From positions 4,163 to 68,162 of the forward strand of contig JBKHAC010000003.1 of NCBI GenBank assembly GCA_046543095.1: a stretch of 64,000 nucleotides of DNA. The letters run 5' to 3'. Origin of the DNA: Candidatus Woesearchaeota archaeon (GTDB lineage Archaea; Nanobdellota; Nanobdellia; Woesearchaeales; 21-14-0-10-32-9). The notes under the pieces were generated by a model. That model did not search any database and was not told where the DNA came from. It worked only from the letters and a program-made list of their open reading frames with translations. Shown in pieces: positions 27,443-37,945 of the stretch. Each line of letters opens with the position of its first letter. Within the stretch, counting starts at the first letter, position 1. The position numbers and the translations under genes are program-made.

Positions 27443-29306
27443 ATTAAAACAAAAAGCAAAAGATGATGCGAGAATTAATTCTGCAGGTGATGTTGTTGTG
27501 CCTGATACGAGTATCATTGTTCAGGGTTTAATTTCTAAGGCTATTTTATCTAATTCTTTAAAATTTAAAAGGATTTTGATTCCTGAGGCTGTTTTAGCGG
27601 AGCTTGAAAGTCAAGCAAATAAAGGTAGGGAATCTGGGTATTTGGGTCTTGATGAAATAACTAGTATTCGTGATCTTGCTATTGAAAAAGATTTTGCTGT
27701 TGAGTTTCATGGTTCAAGGCCTGGGGACTTTGAGATTAAATTTGCTAAATCAGGGGAGATTGATTCTTTAATTAGGGATATTGCTCAAAAAAATAATGCT
27801 ACGCTTTTAACTGCTGATGTTGTTCAGGGGAAAGTCGCGCTTGCAAAAGGTATTAGTGTTATTATTTATGATGTGCCTAATAAAGATCTTGATTCTTTGT
27901 TTATTGAAAAATATTTTGTTGAGGGCGCGATGAGTGTTCATTTAAGAGAGGGGTTTTTGCCTCGTGCAAAAGTGGGGTTGCCTGGTACTTGGTCTTTTGT
28001 TGATGTGGGTGAAGAAATTTTATCAAAAGATGCAATTGATGGTGTCGCATCTCAGTTAATTGATTATGCGAAAGTGTGTGAGGGGTGTTTCTTTGAATCT
28101 GAAAAGAAATATAGTGTTGTGTTGCAAATTAAGAATATGCGTGTTGTGATTGTTAGGCCTCCTTTATCTGATTTATTTGAAATAACTATTACGCGTCCTA
28201 TTGCGAATAAAAATCTTGAGGATTATAATTTAAGTAAGGATTTAACTGAGAGGTTATTATCAAAAGCTGAAGGTATTTTAATTGCGGGGCCTCCGGGGCA
28301 TGGTAAAAGTACGTTTACTCAGGCGTTATCAACTGCGTATTTATCGTTATCAAAGTCTATTAAGACTCTTGAATCTCCTCGTGATTTAATTGTTGATGAG
28401 TCGATTACGCGTTTTGGTCTTGCACATGCAAGTCAAAATGAGCTTCGTGATATTTTGCTTTTATCAAGGCCGGATTTTGTTTTATTTGATGAAGTTAGGT
28501 CTTTTGAGGATTTTAAATTATTCTCTGATTTAAGATTGTCTGGTATTGGTATGCTTGGTGTTATTCATGCATCTGAGCCTATTGATTCTATTCAGCGTTT
28601 TATTGGTAGGCTTGATTTGGGTTTAATTCCTCATGTAATTGATACTGTTATATTTTTATTTGGTGGGGTTGTTAAAAAAGTTTTATCGCTCTCTCTTTCA
28701 GTTAAAGTTCCGTCGGGTATGGTTGATTCGGATCTTGCTCGTCCTGTGGTTTTAGTTTGTGATTATGCCTCTGGTGTGTTGGAGTTTGAGATTTATAGTT
28801 ATGGTGAGCAAACTATTGTTGTGCCTATAACTTGTGATATGAAGAAAAAATCTATTTATTTGCTTGCTCAAAAGCAACTTGAAGATGAAATAAACTTGCT
28901 TGGTGTTGAGGATGTTTTAGTTGAGTTCATATCTGATGTTAGGTGCTCTGTTTTTGTTGTAAAAGATGATGTTCAAAAATTAATTGGTGATAAAGGCAGA
29001 GTGATTAATGGTCTTCAGAAAAAGTTTGGTTTGAAAATTGATGTTTTTGAAAAGCGTGCATCAAAATCTTTAGCTATTAAACAGAAATTAAATTTTTCGT
29101 TAAATATATCTTCTAAGTACGTGGTGTTTGATTTAGATAAAAATTTTGCTGATGTTTTAATATCGATTTTTGCTGGTGGTACTTTTGTTATGAGTGTTAA
29201 ATCAAGTAAAAAGGGGCAAATAAAAATTAATAGGGATAGTCCTGCGGGTAAATTATTATTTGATGCTAGTAATAACAAAGATGAAATAAAATTGTCTCTT
29301 GCTTGA
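27435..29306 (+). CDS. PIN-domain / P-loop ATPase / KH-domain protein (archaeal PINA, PilT-like ATPase)
   Basis: PIN start VVPDTSIIVQG, Walker A GPPGHGKST, Walker B VLFDEVR, C-terminal KH LIGDKGRVINGLQKKFGLKIDV. Confidence 0.8.
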   Translation: MNKLKQKAKDDARINSAGDVVVPDTSIIVQGLISKAILSNSLKFKRILIPEAVLAELESQANKGRESGYLGLDEITSIRDLAIEKDFAVEFHGSRPGDFEIKFAKSGEIDSLIRDIAQKNNATLLTADVVQGKVALAKGISVIIYDVPNKDLDSLFIEKYFVEGAMSVHLREGFLPRAKVGLPGTWSFVDVGEEILSKDAIDGVASQLIDYAKVCEGCFFESEKKYSVVLQIKNMRVVIVRPPLSDLFEITITRPIANKNLEDYNLSKDLTERLLSKAEGILIAGPPGHGKSTFTQALSTAYLSLSKSIKTLESPRDLIVDESITRFGLAHASQNELRDILLLSRPDFVLFDEVRSFEDFKLFSDLRLSGIGMLGVIHASEPIDSIQRFIGRLDLGLIPHVIDTVIFLFGGVVKKVLSLSLSVKVPSGMVDSDLARPVVLVCDYASGVLEFEIYSYGEQTIVVPITCDMKKKSIYLLAQKQLEDEINLLGVEDVLVEFISDVRCSVFVVKDDVQKLIGDKGRVINGLQKKFGLKIDVFEKRASKSLAIKQKLNFSLNISSKYVVFDLDKNFADVLISIFAGGTFVMSVKSSKKGQIKINRDSPAGKLLFDASNNKDEIKLSLA

Positions 29307-29398
29307 GTTTTTTATTATTATTAGCTGCCTCGCATCGCTAAATTTAAAAAGAATGAGCACTTCTTAGTGGTTATGAATTTTATTTAAGGGGTTTTTTT

Positions 29399-29863
29399 AT
29401 GGAAAGAATATCTGATGTCGAAACTTATTTAATGACGCGCGCGATTATAATGAATGAAACTGCAAATTATGCTTACTTGCTTGAAGGTTTATCTGTTGAT
29501 GACAAGCAAAAAAACATGGTTGATCCTTTAAGCGAGTATAATGTTGCAATACTAAAAAATAAAACTGCTAAAGAAGGTTTTGAATCTGTATTTAACACTA
29601 AATATGAGGGGTCTAATTTAGAGATTTTATCTAAAGATAATGATGTTGTAAATCTAAATTTTGTTGGTGTGGAGATAAAAGCTTTGCATTCTGCATATAA
29701 TTTAGTTTTCAAAAATGATTTGGACATTGAAGTCAGGGTTTATGATGACAGTTCTAAAATTACTATTCCAGTTAAATCTTTAGAAGCTGTTGCGGGGGTA
29801 GGTGCGAAAATATCGTCTTCATCAAGTGACTTACTTGAGGATATGTTTAAATATCACAAGTAA
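29399..29863 (+). CDS. hypothetical protein
   Basis: ORF with AAGGGG upstream. No motif recognised. Confidence 0.45.
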   Translation: MERISDVETYLMTRAIIMNETANYAYLLEGLSVDDKQKNMVDPLSEYNVAILKNKTAKEGFESVFNTKYEGSNLEILSKDNDVVNLNFVGVEIKALHSAYNLVFKNDLDIEVRVYDDSSKITIPVKSLEAVAGVGAKISSSSSDLLEDMFKYHK

Positions 29864-29872
29864 TTTTTTTAT

Positions 29873-30511
29873 TTAGTCTTTTTTTAATTTTTCTTTAAGT
29901 TCTTTAAATCGTCTAAGTTCTGTCCAGTTTTTGCGTAGGTGCTCTGCATCTGAGTATTCTGTGAACATATCGTAGTGTTTGTGTGGGTTTTGCATTCTTT
30001 GTGCGTGTTTTATTGGGCACCAGTAGCGTTCGGTTCTTCCGACGATTTCTTGCATGTAGCTAACAAGGCAGTTGTAATATGAGCAGTATGCGCAATTTAA
30101 TTTTTCGAGCCAGTTTAGGTGTGGTAGCTTTCGTCTATCAAATATGAAATATTCTTTTGGGTTTACAAGAGGTATGCCATATAATCTGAAACATACGTGG
30201 TGGTATATCTCAATTGTTATGTGCATTATGATGCCGGGTATTATCATTCCGTAAATGAAGGGCATTGATATTAGGTATTTTAATGTCATCCATATGTTTG
30301 TGTATATTAGTTTGTGCCATACGCTAATTCTTTTTAATCTAAGTTCGCCTTTCTTTTTTAGAACCTCGGTTATGTAGTCTCTTTGTTTGTATAAATTATC
30401 TATTTGTAAATCTATTTTTTTAAGAAAGTTCTCTCTGAATTTTTCAAATTCTTGTATCTTTGTAAGTGTCTTTGTTTCTTGTTTTATATCTTTTTTCATT
30501 TCTTTTTTCAT
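29873..30511 (-). CDS. hypothetical membrane protein with a Cys/His-rich C-terminal module
   Basis: Coiled-coil N-terminus and two TM helices, then CAYCSYYNC..YWCPIKHAQR. Confidence 0.5.
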   Translation of the reverse strand: MKKEMKKDIKQETKTLTKIQEFEKFRENFLKKIDLQIDNLYKQRDYITEVLKKKGELRLKRISVWHKLIYTNIWMTLKYLISMPFIYGMIIPGIIMHITIEIYHHVCFRLYGIPLVNPKEYFIFDRRKLPHLNWLEKLNCAYCSYYNCLVSYMQEIVGRTERYWCPIKHAQRMQNPHKHYDMFTEYSDAEHLRKNWTELRRFKELKEKLKKD

Positions 30512-30559
30512 ATTAGTGCCTAATTTAGTTATTGTTATAGATTTATATTTATTTGTTTT

Positions 30560-31666
30560 TTATGATGTAAGTGCATCTTTTAGAAATGTTGAATCTGTTG
30601 TTTTGTATTTTAATTTACCTGAGTCATAAACTCGTTTGATTGGGTCGGATCTTAAGTTTAAAATCAAATCTATTCTCTTTCCAGTTATAATTAATAATTC
30701 TCCTGTCTCGTAATTAATTAAGTATTTGTTTTCTTGTGGTACTTTTTGTATTTTTGCTTTTTCAAGTTTGTTAAATCCTAAAATTGTTTGCGCAATGTTG
30801 TCTATTTCTTGTCTTTTAACGGGTAAAATCATAGGTATTAGGCCTATGTCGTGTTCATTTAAATAAGAATTTAATCGTACAAGTCCTTCTCTTAGTGGTT
30901 TGTACTTCCTTGTTGGTATTGTTATTTCTTCTCGTGTTCCCATTATTAAGAAATCTATTTGTTTTTCAGGGTATAGTGATTTTATTGGTTCTATTATTTT
31001 TCTGTATATTTTTTTATTATTTTTCTCTGTGCTTCTCAAATATCCGAGTGTGCCTATTTTTGATTCGCATATGATGAGTCCATCTACCTTTCTTGTTTTA
31101 TATTCGAATAAGCCGTCGTATTCAGTTATATTTCTTTGTTTTGGGCAATTTTTATCTATTAATATTTGATTATATCTTGATATTCCTTCAAGAATATATC
31201 GTTCATTTTCTTTTATTATTATTTGATTATTGGTAATTTCATCAAGTGTGAGTGCATCATTTATTTCAATATTTTCTTTTTGTTTAGTCTCTGTATTATT
31301 ATTTACTTTTTTTTCTGTTTTTATAAAATTTGATTCGTCTATTTTGAGTTTTTTACTTATTCTTCTAAAAAATTCTTTTATTGTAATTCGCATTATGCTC
31401 TCACCCATAAGTCCGCTAAAGGTTCCATAAATTATTTTATTTGTTTTATTTGCGCCATTTCTATTGTAGTTGAGTAAGTATTTTCTTTGTCGAAATTCTT
31501 TCACTGAGGGAGATTGTATTGAAAAATAATAATCTGGGCACGTAAATGAGCCTGCTTTTTCAAAACCAAGAGATCTAACATTGTGGTGTTGTCCAATTTT
31601 TAGTGTATTTGTTAAATTGCAGTCTACTGGATAGAATTCGTCTAACACGCGATCTTCAAGGTTCAT
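30560..31666 (-). CDS. hypothetical protein, possible PD-(D/E)XK nuclease fold
   Basis: EYDGLFEY..KVDGLIICESKIG resembles a D..(D/E)xK motif. This is weak evidence. Confidence 0.45.
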   Translation of the reverse strand: MNLEDRVLDEFYPVDCNLTNTLKIGQHHNVRSLGFEKAGSFTCPDYYFSIQSPSVKEFRQRKYLLNYNRNGANKTNKIIYGTFSGLMGESIMRITIKEFFRRISKKLKIDESNFIKTEKKVNNNTETKQKENIEINDALTLDEITNNQIIIKENERYILEGISRYNQILIDKNCPKQRNITEYDGLFEYKTRKVDGLIICESKIGTLGYLRSTEKNNKKIYRKIIEPIKSLYPEKQIDFLIMGTREEITIPTRKYKPLREGLVRLNSYLNEHDIGLIPMILPVKRQEIDNIAQTILGFNKLEKAKIQKVPQENKYLINYETGELLIITGKRIDLILNLRSDPIKRVYDSGKLKYKTTDSTFLKDALTS

Positions 31667-32091
31667 ATCTTTTTTTTATTTCATCATTTTATAAAAATTA
31701 TTGTTTTTAATCAGTTGTATTAGGTTGTTTAATATGGGGGTTATGTGTTAAATGTGTGAGTCTAAGTATGGAGCCGTAAATTAGTATTGTTAAAAGAAGT
31801 AAATTTTGTTTATTTGATTTTATTAATTTGCTTAATTTCGTTAATTTAGTTGAGTTATTTTTCTTCATTTAGTTTATTGTCACTTTATCTTTTATTTATA
31901 GATTTGTTTTTTTCTTAGTATATTTAGTTAGTGCACTGGTCACTCTAAGAAAATGTTTATAAGTGTCATTTATTTCTGTTTATTTGTAGTTCATATTTAT
32001 TCAAGTATCATATTTGTGTGTGGTTATTTAAATGTGGCTCGTTGTTTAAGTATGCTGTGTTATTTGGGTAGTATTTATTTGAGGTATTAAT

Positions 32092-33576
32092 TTGGCGAAG
32101 TTATTAACGAAATCAAAATATATGAATGGTCTTGAAAGTGATGCTTTGCTTTGGCTCGCGGTTAATGATAAATCTTCGCTTCCTGCGTATGATGATGCGA
32201 CTCTTGCTAAATTTGATGCGGGTAAGGAAATTGAGATTCTTGCGCGGAAAATGTTTGATGGTGTTGATTTATCTGAATTTGATTTTATGCCGAATATTCT
32301 TGAGACAAAGAAGTATCTTGGGCAAAGAAAAATTATTTTTGAAGCGGGGTTTATGATTAATAATCTTTATTCTAGAAGTGATATTATTTTTCCTAATGAT
32401 GATGGTTCTTGGGACTTAATTGAAATTAAAGGTTCGACTAAGGTGAAGGAGAGTCATGTTAAGGATTTGGCCTTTCAAAAGCATGTTCTTGAGCTCTCGG
32501 GTTTTCGTGTGAGGGATTGTTATGTTATTCATTTATCTAGGGATTATGTTCGTGGTGATTTTCTTGATATTGGTCTTTTATTTCAAAAATCTATTGTCAC
32601 AAAAAGGGTTGATGAAGAAATAATTGGTATTGATGTTAGGATTGCTAAAATGTTTGAGGTTATTAATTTGCCTGAGTGTCCGATGTTTGATTATCATGAT
32701 ATGTTAAGGTCTGAGTATGGTAATCCGTTAATTGATGAATTTCTCGCATCTCTTCCTGAGCATTCGGTTTTTGAACTTTATCGTGTTCAGTCAAAAAAAG
32801 CGGTTGAGCTTCTTGATAGGGGTATTGTTTTAATTAAAGATATTCCTGATGATTTTCCTTTAACTGCTATTCAGAAAATTCAAAAAGAGTGTATATTGAA
32901 TGATAAAGTTCATGTTTTGCCTCATTTAATTAAGAAATTTACAAGTAGTATTATTTATCCTGTGTATCATTTAGATTTTGAGACGATGATGCCGGCTATT
33001 CCTTTATTTAAAAATTCTAGGTCGTATAATCAAATTCCGTTTCAGTATAGTCTTCATATTGAGCATGAGAATGGTTTAGTTGAGCATCGTGAATTTTTAT
33101 ACTCGGGTGAGGGTGATCCTCGTCTTGATTTTTTGAAATCATTAAAAAATGATCTTGTGGGTGCGTCCACTATTCTTGTGTATAATGAGGGGTTTGAGAT
33201 TTCGAGGTTAAATGAGCTTGCGCGTCTTTTTCCTGAAGAAAAAGTGTGGCTTCAAAGTGCTATAGGTAAAGTTGTTGATTTAATTACTCCTTTCACCTCT
33301 TTTGCATTTTATGATGCTAAGCAGAGGGGTAGTTGTTCTCTTAAAAAAGTCATGCCGATATTTCATGAACGTTCTTATAATTCTTTAAACATAAAAGAGG
33401 GTGGTGATGCGTCAAGGTCGTATTATCAAAACTTTGGGAAGTTATCGCCTGAATTAAAAACTGATTTGCTTGAGTATTGCAAACTTGACACTGAGGGGAT
33501 GGTGTCTATTTTAAGGGGTCTCGTTGATTTAGCAAATGTTAAGGATGTGTCTTTGCAAGAAGATAAATCGAATTAA
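32092..33576 (+). CDS. DUF2779-family protein (Cas4/RecB-like PD-(D/E)XK N-terminus plus a C-terminal nuclease-like domain)
   Basis: The N-terminal KSKYMNGLESDALLWL and DIIFPNDDGSWDLIEIKGSTK (D..ExK) are typical of the family. TTG start follows GAGGT. Confidence 0.65.
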   Translation: MAKLLTKSKYMNGLESDALLWLAVNDKSSLPAYDDATLAKFDAGKEIEILARKMFDGVDLSEFDFMPNILETKKYLGQRKIIFEAGFMINNLYSRSDIIFPNDDGSWDLIEIKGSTKVKESHVKDLAFQKHVLELSGFRVRDCYVIHLSRDYVRGDFLDIGLLFQKSIVTKRVDEEIIGIDVRIAKMFEVINLPECPMFDYHDMLRSEYGNPLIDEFLASLPEHSVFELYRVQSKKAVELLDRGIVLIKDIPDDFPLTAIQKIQKECILNDKVHVLPHLIKKFTSSIIYPVYHLDFETMMPAIPLFKNSRSYNQIPFQYSLHIEHENGLVEHREFLYSGEGDPRLDFLKSLKNDLVGASTILVYNEGFEISRLNELARLFPEEKVWLQSAIGKVVDLITPFTSFAFYDAKQRGSCSLKKVMPIFHERSYNSLNIKEGGDASRSYYQNFGKLSPELKTDLLEYCKLDTEGMVSILRGLVDLANVKDVSLQEDKSN

Positions 33577-33656
33577 ATTAACTTAGTTTGGTTATGTTTT
33601 TGCTAATATTGCTTTATTCTTTAATATTCTTTTGATTTGAGTGTTGTAATCAAATT

Positions 33657-34229
33657 TTAATCTAAGTGTTTTGTGCAATTATTTATAATGAGCTCGTGTT
33701 GTTTATTTTCTTTTATGTTGATTTCTGTAACTGATGTGTTTTTTGGTTTTTCTAATTCTCGTGCTTTTTGTGGCGCGTTTTCATATAAGGCAGATATTAA
33801 TGCGCGTTTTGCACCTCCGTGAAATACTACGAGCACTGTTTTATTTTTGTGTTGTGCGTAAATATCTTCAAAGAATTCTTTCACGCGTTTCTGTATCGCT
33901 TCGTGGCTCTCAACGTGGCTTGGTAAATTGTACCAGTCAAAATCTTTTGGGAATGGTTTTCCTTGTAATTTTCCAAAGTATCTCTCTCGTAATCTTTCAT
34001 CAAGTATGAGTTCTTTTTTTTCGTGGTGTTTTAATATCTCTTTAGCTGTATCCTTTGCGCGAGTCAAATCACTACTATATATTAAATCAAATTTATAATT
34101 TTTAAATCTCTTGCCAAGTTTCTTTGCTTGCACCACGCCTTTATCTGATAATTTGTTGTCAAGTTGTCCTTGGCATAGTCTTTGCACGTTATGCTCTGTC
34201 TCCCCGTGTCTTATAAGTATTAGTTTCAT
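33657..34229 (-). CDS. histidine phosphatase family protein (phosphoglycerate mutase-like)
   Basis: LILIRHGETEHN catalytic RHG motif, and the FHGG second His. Confidence 0.85.
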   Translation of the reverse strand: MKLILIRHGETEHNVQRLCQGQLDNKLSDKGVVQAKKLGKRFKNYKFDLIYSSDLTRAKDTAKEILKHHEKKELILDERLRERYFGKLQGKPFPKDFDWYNLPSHVESHEAIQKRVKEFFEDIYAQHKNKTVLVVFHGGAKRALISALYENAPQKARELEKPKNTSVTEINIKENKQHELIINNCTKHLD

Positions 34230-34385
34230 AATTATATCTAATTTACAAATAATTTTATTTCATTTAAAAAAGCTTTCAGTTTTTTTCGAAATATTTTCGA
34301 ATTTAGCTAGTTTAGTTCAGTTAAAGAATTAAAAAAAGTTTATTAAAAAAATAAAAAGATTTATTGCTTATTCACTTCATTGAAT

Positions 34386-34613
34386 TTAGCGTCTAATTGC
34401 TGATGCAATTGTGCTTGCCGCACTTAAAATTCCTGCTGTGAATACGACCCAGTCTCCACTAAGGTTTGAGTATCCTGCAAATCCTGCGCCTACTTTTATT
34501 ATCCAGACGTTAATAAAAAAGAATATTATGCTCATAATTATGAACATTACTGCGCTAAGTATTGTAAATCCAAACGCGAGTCCTATTGGTGCTGCTGCTC
34601 TCATTTTTTTCAC
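34386..34613 (-). CDS. small two-TM membrane protein
   Basis: 75-aa hydrophobic ORF with GGGTG upstream. Confidence 0.4.
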   Translation of the reverse strand: MKKMRAAAPIGLAFGFTILSAVMFIIMSIIFFFINVWIIKVGAGFAGYSNLSGDWVVFTAGILSAASTIASAIRR

Positions 34614-34782
34614 CCTCCAAACACTTTTGTGTTTAATAATTGGTAATTAGTTGTTTTTTATGTATTTTATGGTATTTTGTGGGGTTTTTGTATTTTTTTA
34701 TTCTGTTTCTTTTTTTCTTTTCGTTTCAGAAACATTTAAATTGTAGCTGTTCTTGTTTAATATTAATTAGAGGTGTTATTTA

Positions 34783-36462
34783 ATGAAGCGTTTTTTTAAT
34801 GAACCTGAACCTAGGAAGATTGCGTACTTTTCAATGGAGATTGGTATTGATGGTTCGATGCCGACTTATAGTGGGGGACTTGGTATTCTTGCGGGGGATA
34901 CTATCAAAAGCGCTGCTGATTTAGCTGTGCCTATGGTTGCGGTGAGTCTTGTTCATGAGAAGGGTTATTTCTCGCAGAAGCTTCTTGATGATGGTTGGCA
35001 AGAAGAAGTGCCTAGTTCTTGGCGTATGGAGGAGCATCTTGAGCCTCTTGATGTTCAAGTAATTATTAATATTGAGGGTCGTGAGGTTAGGATTCGTCCT
35101 TGGCGTAAAATTGTTCGTGGCGCGAAAGGGTATGATGTTCCGATTATTTTTCTTGATACTAATGTTCCAGGGAACAGTGATTATGATAAAACATTAACTT
35201 CATTTTTATATGGTGGTGATCAGCGTTATCGTTTCGCGCAGGAAATGATACTTGGTATTGGTGGCATTCGTATGCTTAATGCGCTTGGTTATAGCAATAT
35301 TAAGAAATATCATATGAATGAAGGTCATGCGAGTTTGTTGACTCTCGAATTATATAAAGAAACAGATAGTGCAAGTTTAGAGGATGTTCGTCATCGTTGC
35401 GTGTTTACAACGCACACGCCTGTTCCTGCGGGACATGATCGTTTCGATCAAGGTCTTGTTCGTGATTTGATGCCTAGTTTCCCGTTTGATATTCGTGACT
35501 TAATTGATGGTGAGAATAAAGTTAACATGACGCTTATTGGTCTTTATTTTAGTAATTATGTTAATGGTGTTGCAAAAAAGCATGGTGAAGTTTCTCAGGA
35601 GATGTTTCCTAATTATCCTATTCATTCAATTACTAATGGGGTTCATTCAGGTATGTGGACGAGTCCTGAAATGCAAGAATTATTTGATAGGTTTATTCCT
35701 GAGTGGCGTATTGATCCTTTCACATTAAGGTATGTCGCAGGCATTCCTGATGAGGAAATTTTGGCTACGCATCGTGAGAATAAAAAGAATTTAATTGATG
35801 AAATTAATGCTAGGACTAAAGATTCTTGGGATTATGATGCTTTCACTATTGGCTTTGCTAGGCGCGCGACATCTTATAAACGGCCTGATTTATTATTTTT
35901 TGATGTTGAGCGTTTAAAAAAAATTGTTGATGAAAAAGGGTCTATTCAATTAGTTTTTGCTGGTAAGGCTCATAAAAAAGATAATGCTGGAAAAGAGATA
36001 ATTAAGCATTTATTTTCTCTAAAAGCAAAGCTTGGTGATAAAATTAAACTTGTATATTTGGATAATTATGATATTCGCTTAGCCAAAATGTTAATTCCTG
36101 GTGTTGATGTTTGGCTTAATACTCCTATGCGTCCAAAAGAAGCATCTGGTACTAGTGGTATGAAGGCTGCGCATAATGGTGTTCCGTCTTTGAGTGTTCT
36201 TGATGGTTGGTGGCTTGAGGGTTGCATTGAAGGTGTTACTGGTTGGAGTATAGGTGATAAGAATCCAGTATTAGATGAGCATGCGCAAAATGTTAAAGAT
36301 TCGCAGTCTCTTTATGAGAAGCTTGAAAAAATTATTCCTCTCTATTATAATGATAAACATGCGTGGGCTGAGATTATGAAGTACACAATCGTAATTAACG
36401 CATCATTCTTTAACACGCATAGGATGGTCAGCCAATATGTGTTGAAAGCTTACTTCCACTAA
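34783..36462 (+). CDS. glgP: alpha-glucan (glycogen/maltodextrin) phosphorylase, short archaeal type
   Basis: YFSMEIG..GGLGILAGD and the PLP site EASGTSGMKAAHNG. Confidence 0.9.
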   Translation: MKRFFNEPEPRKIAYFSMEIGIDGSMPTYSGGLGILAGDTIKSAADLAVPMVAVSLVHEKGYFSQKLLDDGWQEEVPSSWRMEEHLEPLDVQVIINIEGREVRIRPWRKIVRGAKGYDVPIIFLDTNVPGNSDYDKTLTSFLYGGDQRYRFAQEMILGIGGIRMLNALGYSNIKKYHMNEGHASLLTLELYKETDSASLEDVRHRCVFTTHTPVPAGHDRFDQGLVRDLMPSFPFDIRDLIDGENKVNMTLIGLYFSNYVNGVAKKHGEVSQEMFPNYPIHSITNGVHSGMWTSPEMQELFDRFIPEWRIDPFTLRYVAGIPDEEILATHRENKKNLIDEINARTKDSWDYDAFTIGFARRATSYKRPDLLFFDVERLKKIVDEKGSIQLVFAGKAHKKDNAGKEIIKHLFSLKAKLGDKIKLVYLDNYDIRLAKMLIPGVDVWLNTPMRPKEASGTSGMKAAHNGVPSLSVLDGWWLEGCIEGVTGWSIGDKNPVLDEHAQNVKDSQSLYEKLEKIIPLYYNDKHAWAEIMKYTIVINASFFNTHRMVSQYVLKAYFH

Positions 36463-36501
36463 GTTTTTTTCTTTTTAATTTTTTCTTGTATTTATGGCTA
36501 T

Positions 36502-36912
36502 TTAGTTTTTCAATTGTGTTATTTGTTTTATGTATTGTTTTGTATCAAGAATTAGTTCTTTTAAGCTTTCAAAGAATACTTCGTTATCAAAAGAATCATA
36601 GCTGCGAACCATTAAATTTCTCATTCCTTTCATTTGTTCTAATTTTTTCGCAAGGTCATTAGTTATTATTTTCAGATCAGTTAATATTTCAAAGCACTTT
36701 TCTCTTCGTGTTATTCCTTTTTCTTTGAGGATTATGTTCGATGTATTGATTATGTCTTCTATTATTTTTTCTGCAAATCTCTCACATGCAGCCATTATCA
36801 CAAAATTTGATTCATATTCTTTTATTGTTTTTGGAAGTGTTGTTTCTAATTGATTTAAAATTAATTTTAAGTCATGTATTTTGTCTTGTATCCTCGAAGA
36901 GTATTTTTCCAT
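36502..36912 (-). CDS. DUF86/HepT-type HEPN protein with a variant active-site motif
   Basis: The family pattern is present, but the motif reads RNLMVRSY where RNxxxHxY is expected. Overlaps the upstream MNT gene by 41 nt. Confidence 0.7.
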   Translation of the reverse strand: MEKYSSRIQDKIHDLKLILNQLETTLPKTIKEYESNFVIMAACERFAEKIIEDIINTSNIILKEKGITRREKCFEILTDLKIITNDLAKKLEQMKGMRNLMVRSYDSFDNEVFFESLKELILDTKQYIKQITQLKN

Positions 36913-37387
36913 TGTTTTTTATTTGTTTTTGAATATTTTTTGGTAAATTATTGTATATTGATAAATCTATTAAATTAGGTTTTTGCATCATCATTCTTTT
37001 TTTGAAAAGAGATGCTTCTTTTAAACTAATTTTTTTAAATTCTACGGCTACATCAACATCTGATTCGTGGCTCATTTTATTTTCTACAAATGAACCAAAC
37101 AGATAAATTTTGATTATGTCTCGCCCGATCGGGTCTAGTAATGCTTTTTCTTTGAATAAATTCAATTGTTTTTGTGCTTCTCCGCCTTTTTTTATTTCAA
37201 ATTCTTCTCTGTAAGCTGAGCATTTTTTTATGAATTCGAATTTAGGTCTTATGCTTCGTGATAATCTGTTTTTTTCAGATTGTGATAGTTTTATTCCTAT
37301 TAGTTGTTTTTTTATTATTTCTATTTCTGCTCTGCCAAATACTTTTGTTGCTAAAGGTTCTTTTTCAATAAAATTAAATAAAGTCAT
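36872..37387 (-). CDS. MntA-type nucleotidyltransferase with an N-terminal helical extension
   Basis: IYLFGSFVENKMSHESDVDVAVEF (GS..DxD). Start at the ATG at 37387, just after AGGAGG. Confidence 0.75.
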   Translation of the reverse strand: MTLFNFIEKEPLATKVFGRAEIEIIKKQLIGIKLSQSEKNRLSRSIRPKFEFIKKCSAYREEFEIKKGGEAQKQLNLFKEKALLDPIGRDIIKIYLFGSFVENKMSHESDVDVAVEFKKISLKEASLFKKRMMMQKPNLIDLSIYNNLPKNIQKQIKNNGKILFEDTRQNT

Positions 37388-37487
37388 AGTAATCCTCCTA
37401 AAGGTTATAATAACCATTAAGAAGGTTATATTTATATATTTTTTGATTTTTGTTGATTGTGTGTTTTTTAAGAGAAAATAATTTTGT

Positions 37488-37862
37488 TTATATGTTTTTT
37501 TTGCGTATTTGTCTAGTGCTAAAATCTTTTTTTAAATATTTTTTAGCAATTGGCACTCCGAGTTCTGCGTGTCTCATCCATTCGTCTCGTATGTTTTCTC
37601 GCTCTCGTGCGCCTTGGAATAATTTGCTTGCTTTAAGTTTTGTTTTTCCGACATCGTGCAATATTGCCGCGGTTAGTACTTCTTCTTGTCTTATATTTTC
37701 ATTTTTAAGTTCGCGTATGATGTTTTTTGCTTCCTCAAACACTCGCATCGTGAAATATGTTTCGTCGAATGGTCCGTGGTAGAAGTGGTTTGTTTTGTTA
37801 AATTTTTCTTTAACAAATGCGTAGATTTTTTTGTAGTTTGGTTTTTTATCTTTTGTGTTCAT
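37488..37862 (-). CDS. HD-domain protein, short (possibly C-terminally truncated)
   Basis: AAILHDVGK HD motif. At 124 aa it ends just upstream of the MNT/HepT cassette. Confidence 0.6.
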   Translation of the reverse strand: MNTKDKKPNYKKIYAFVKEKFNKTNHFYHGPFDETYFTMRVFEEAKNIIRELKNENIRQEEVLTAAILHDVGKTKLKASKLFQGARERENIRDEWMRHAELGVPIAKKYLKKDFSTRQIRKKNI

Positions 37863-37945
37863 TTATTTGTTTTATTTGAGTTTATTTTTAATGTTTTTCT
37901 ATGTTTTCTCGGATATTTTCCGGTAGGCTTTAATTTTTAGTGTTA

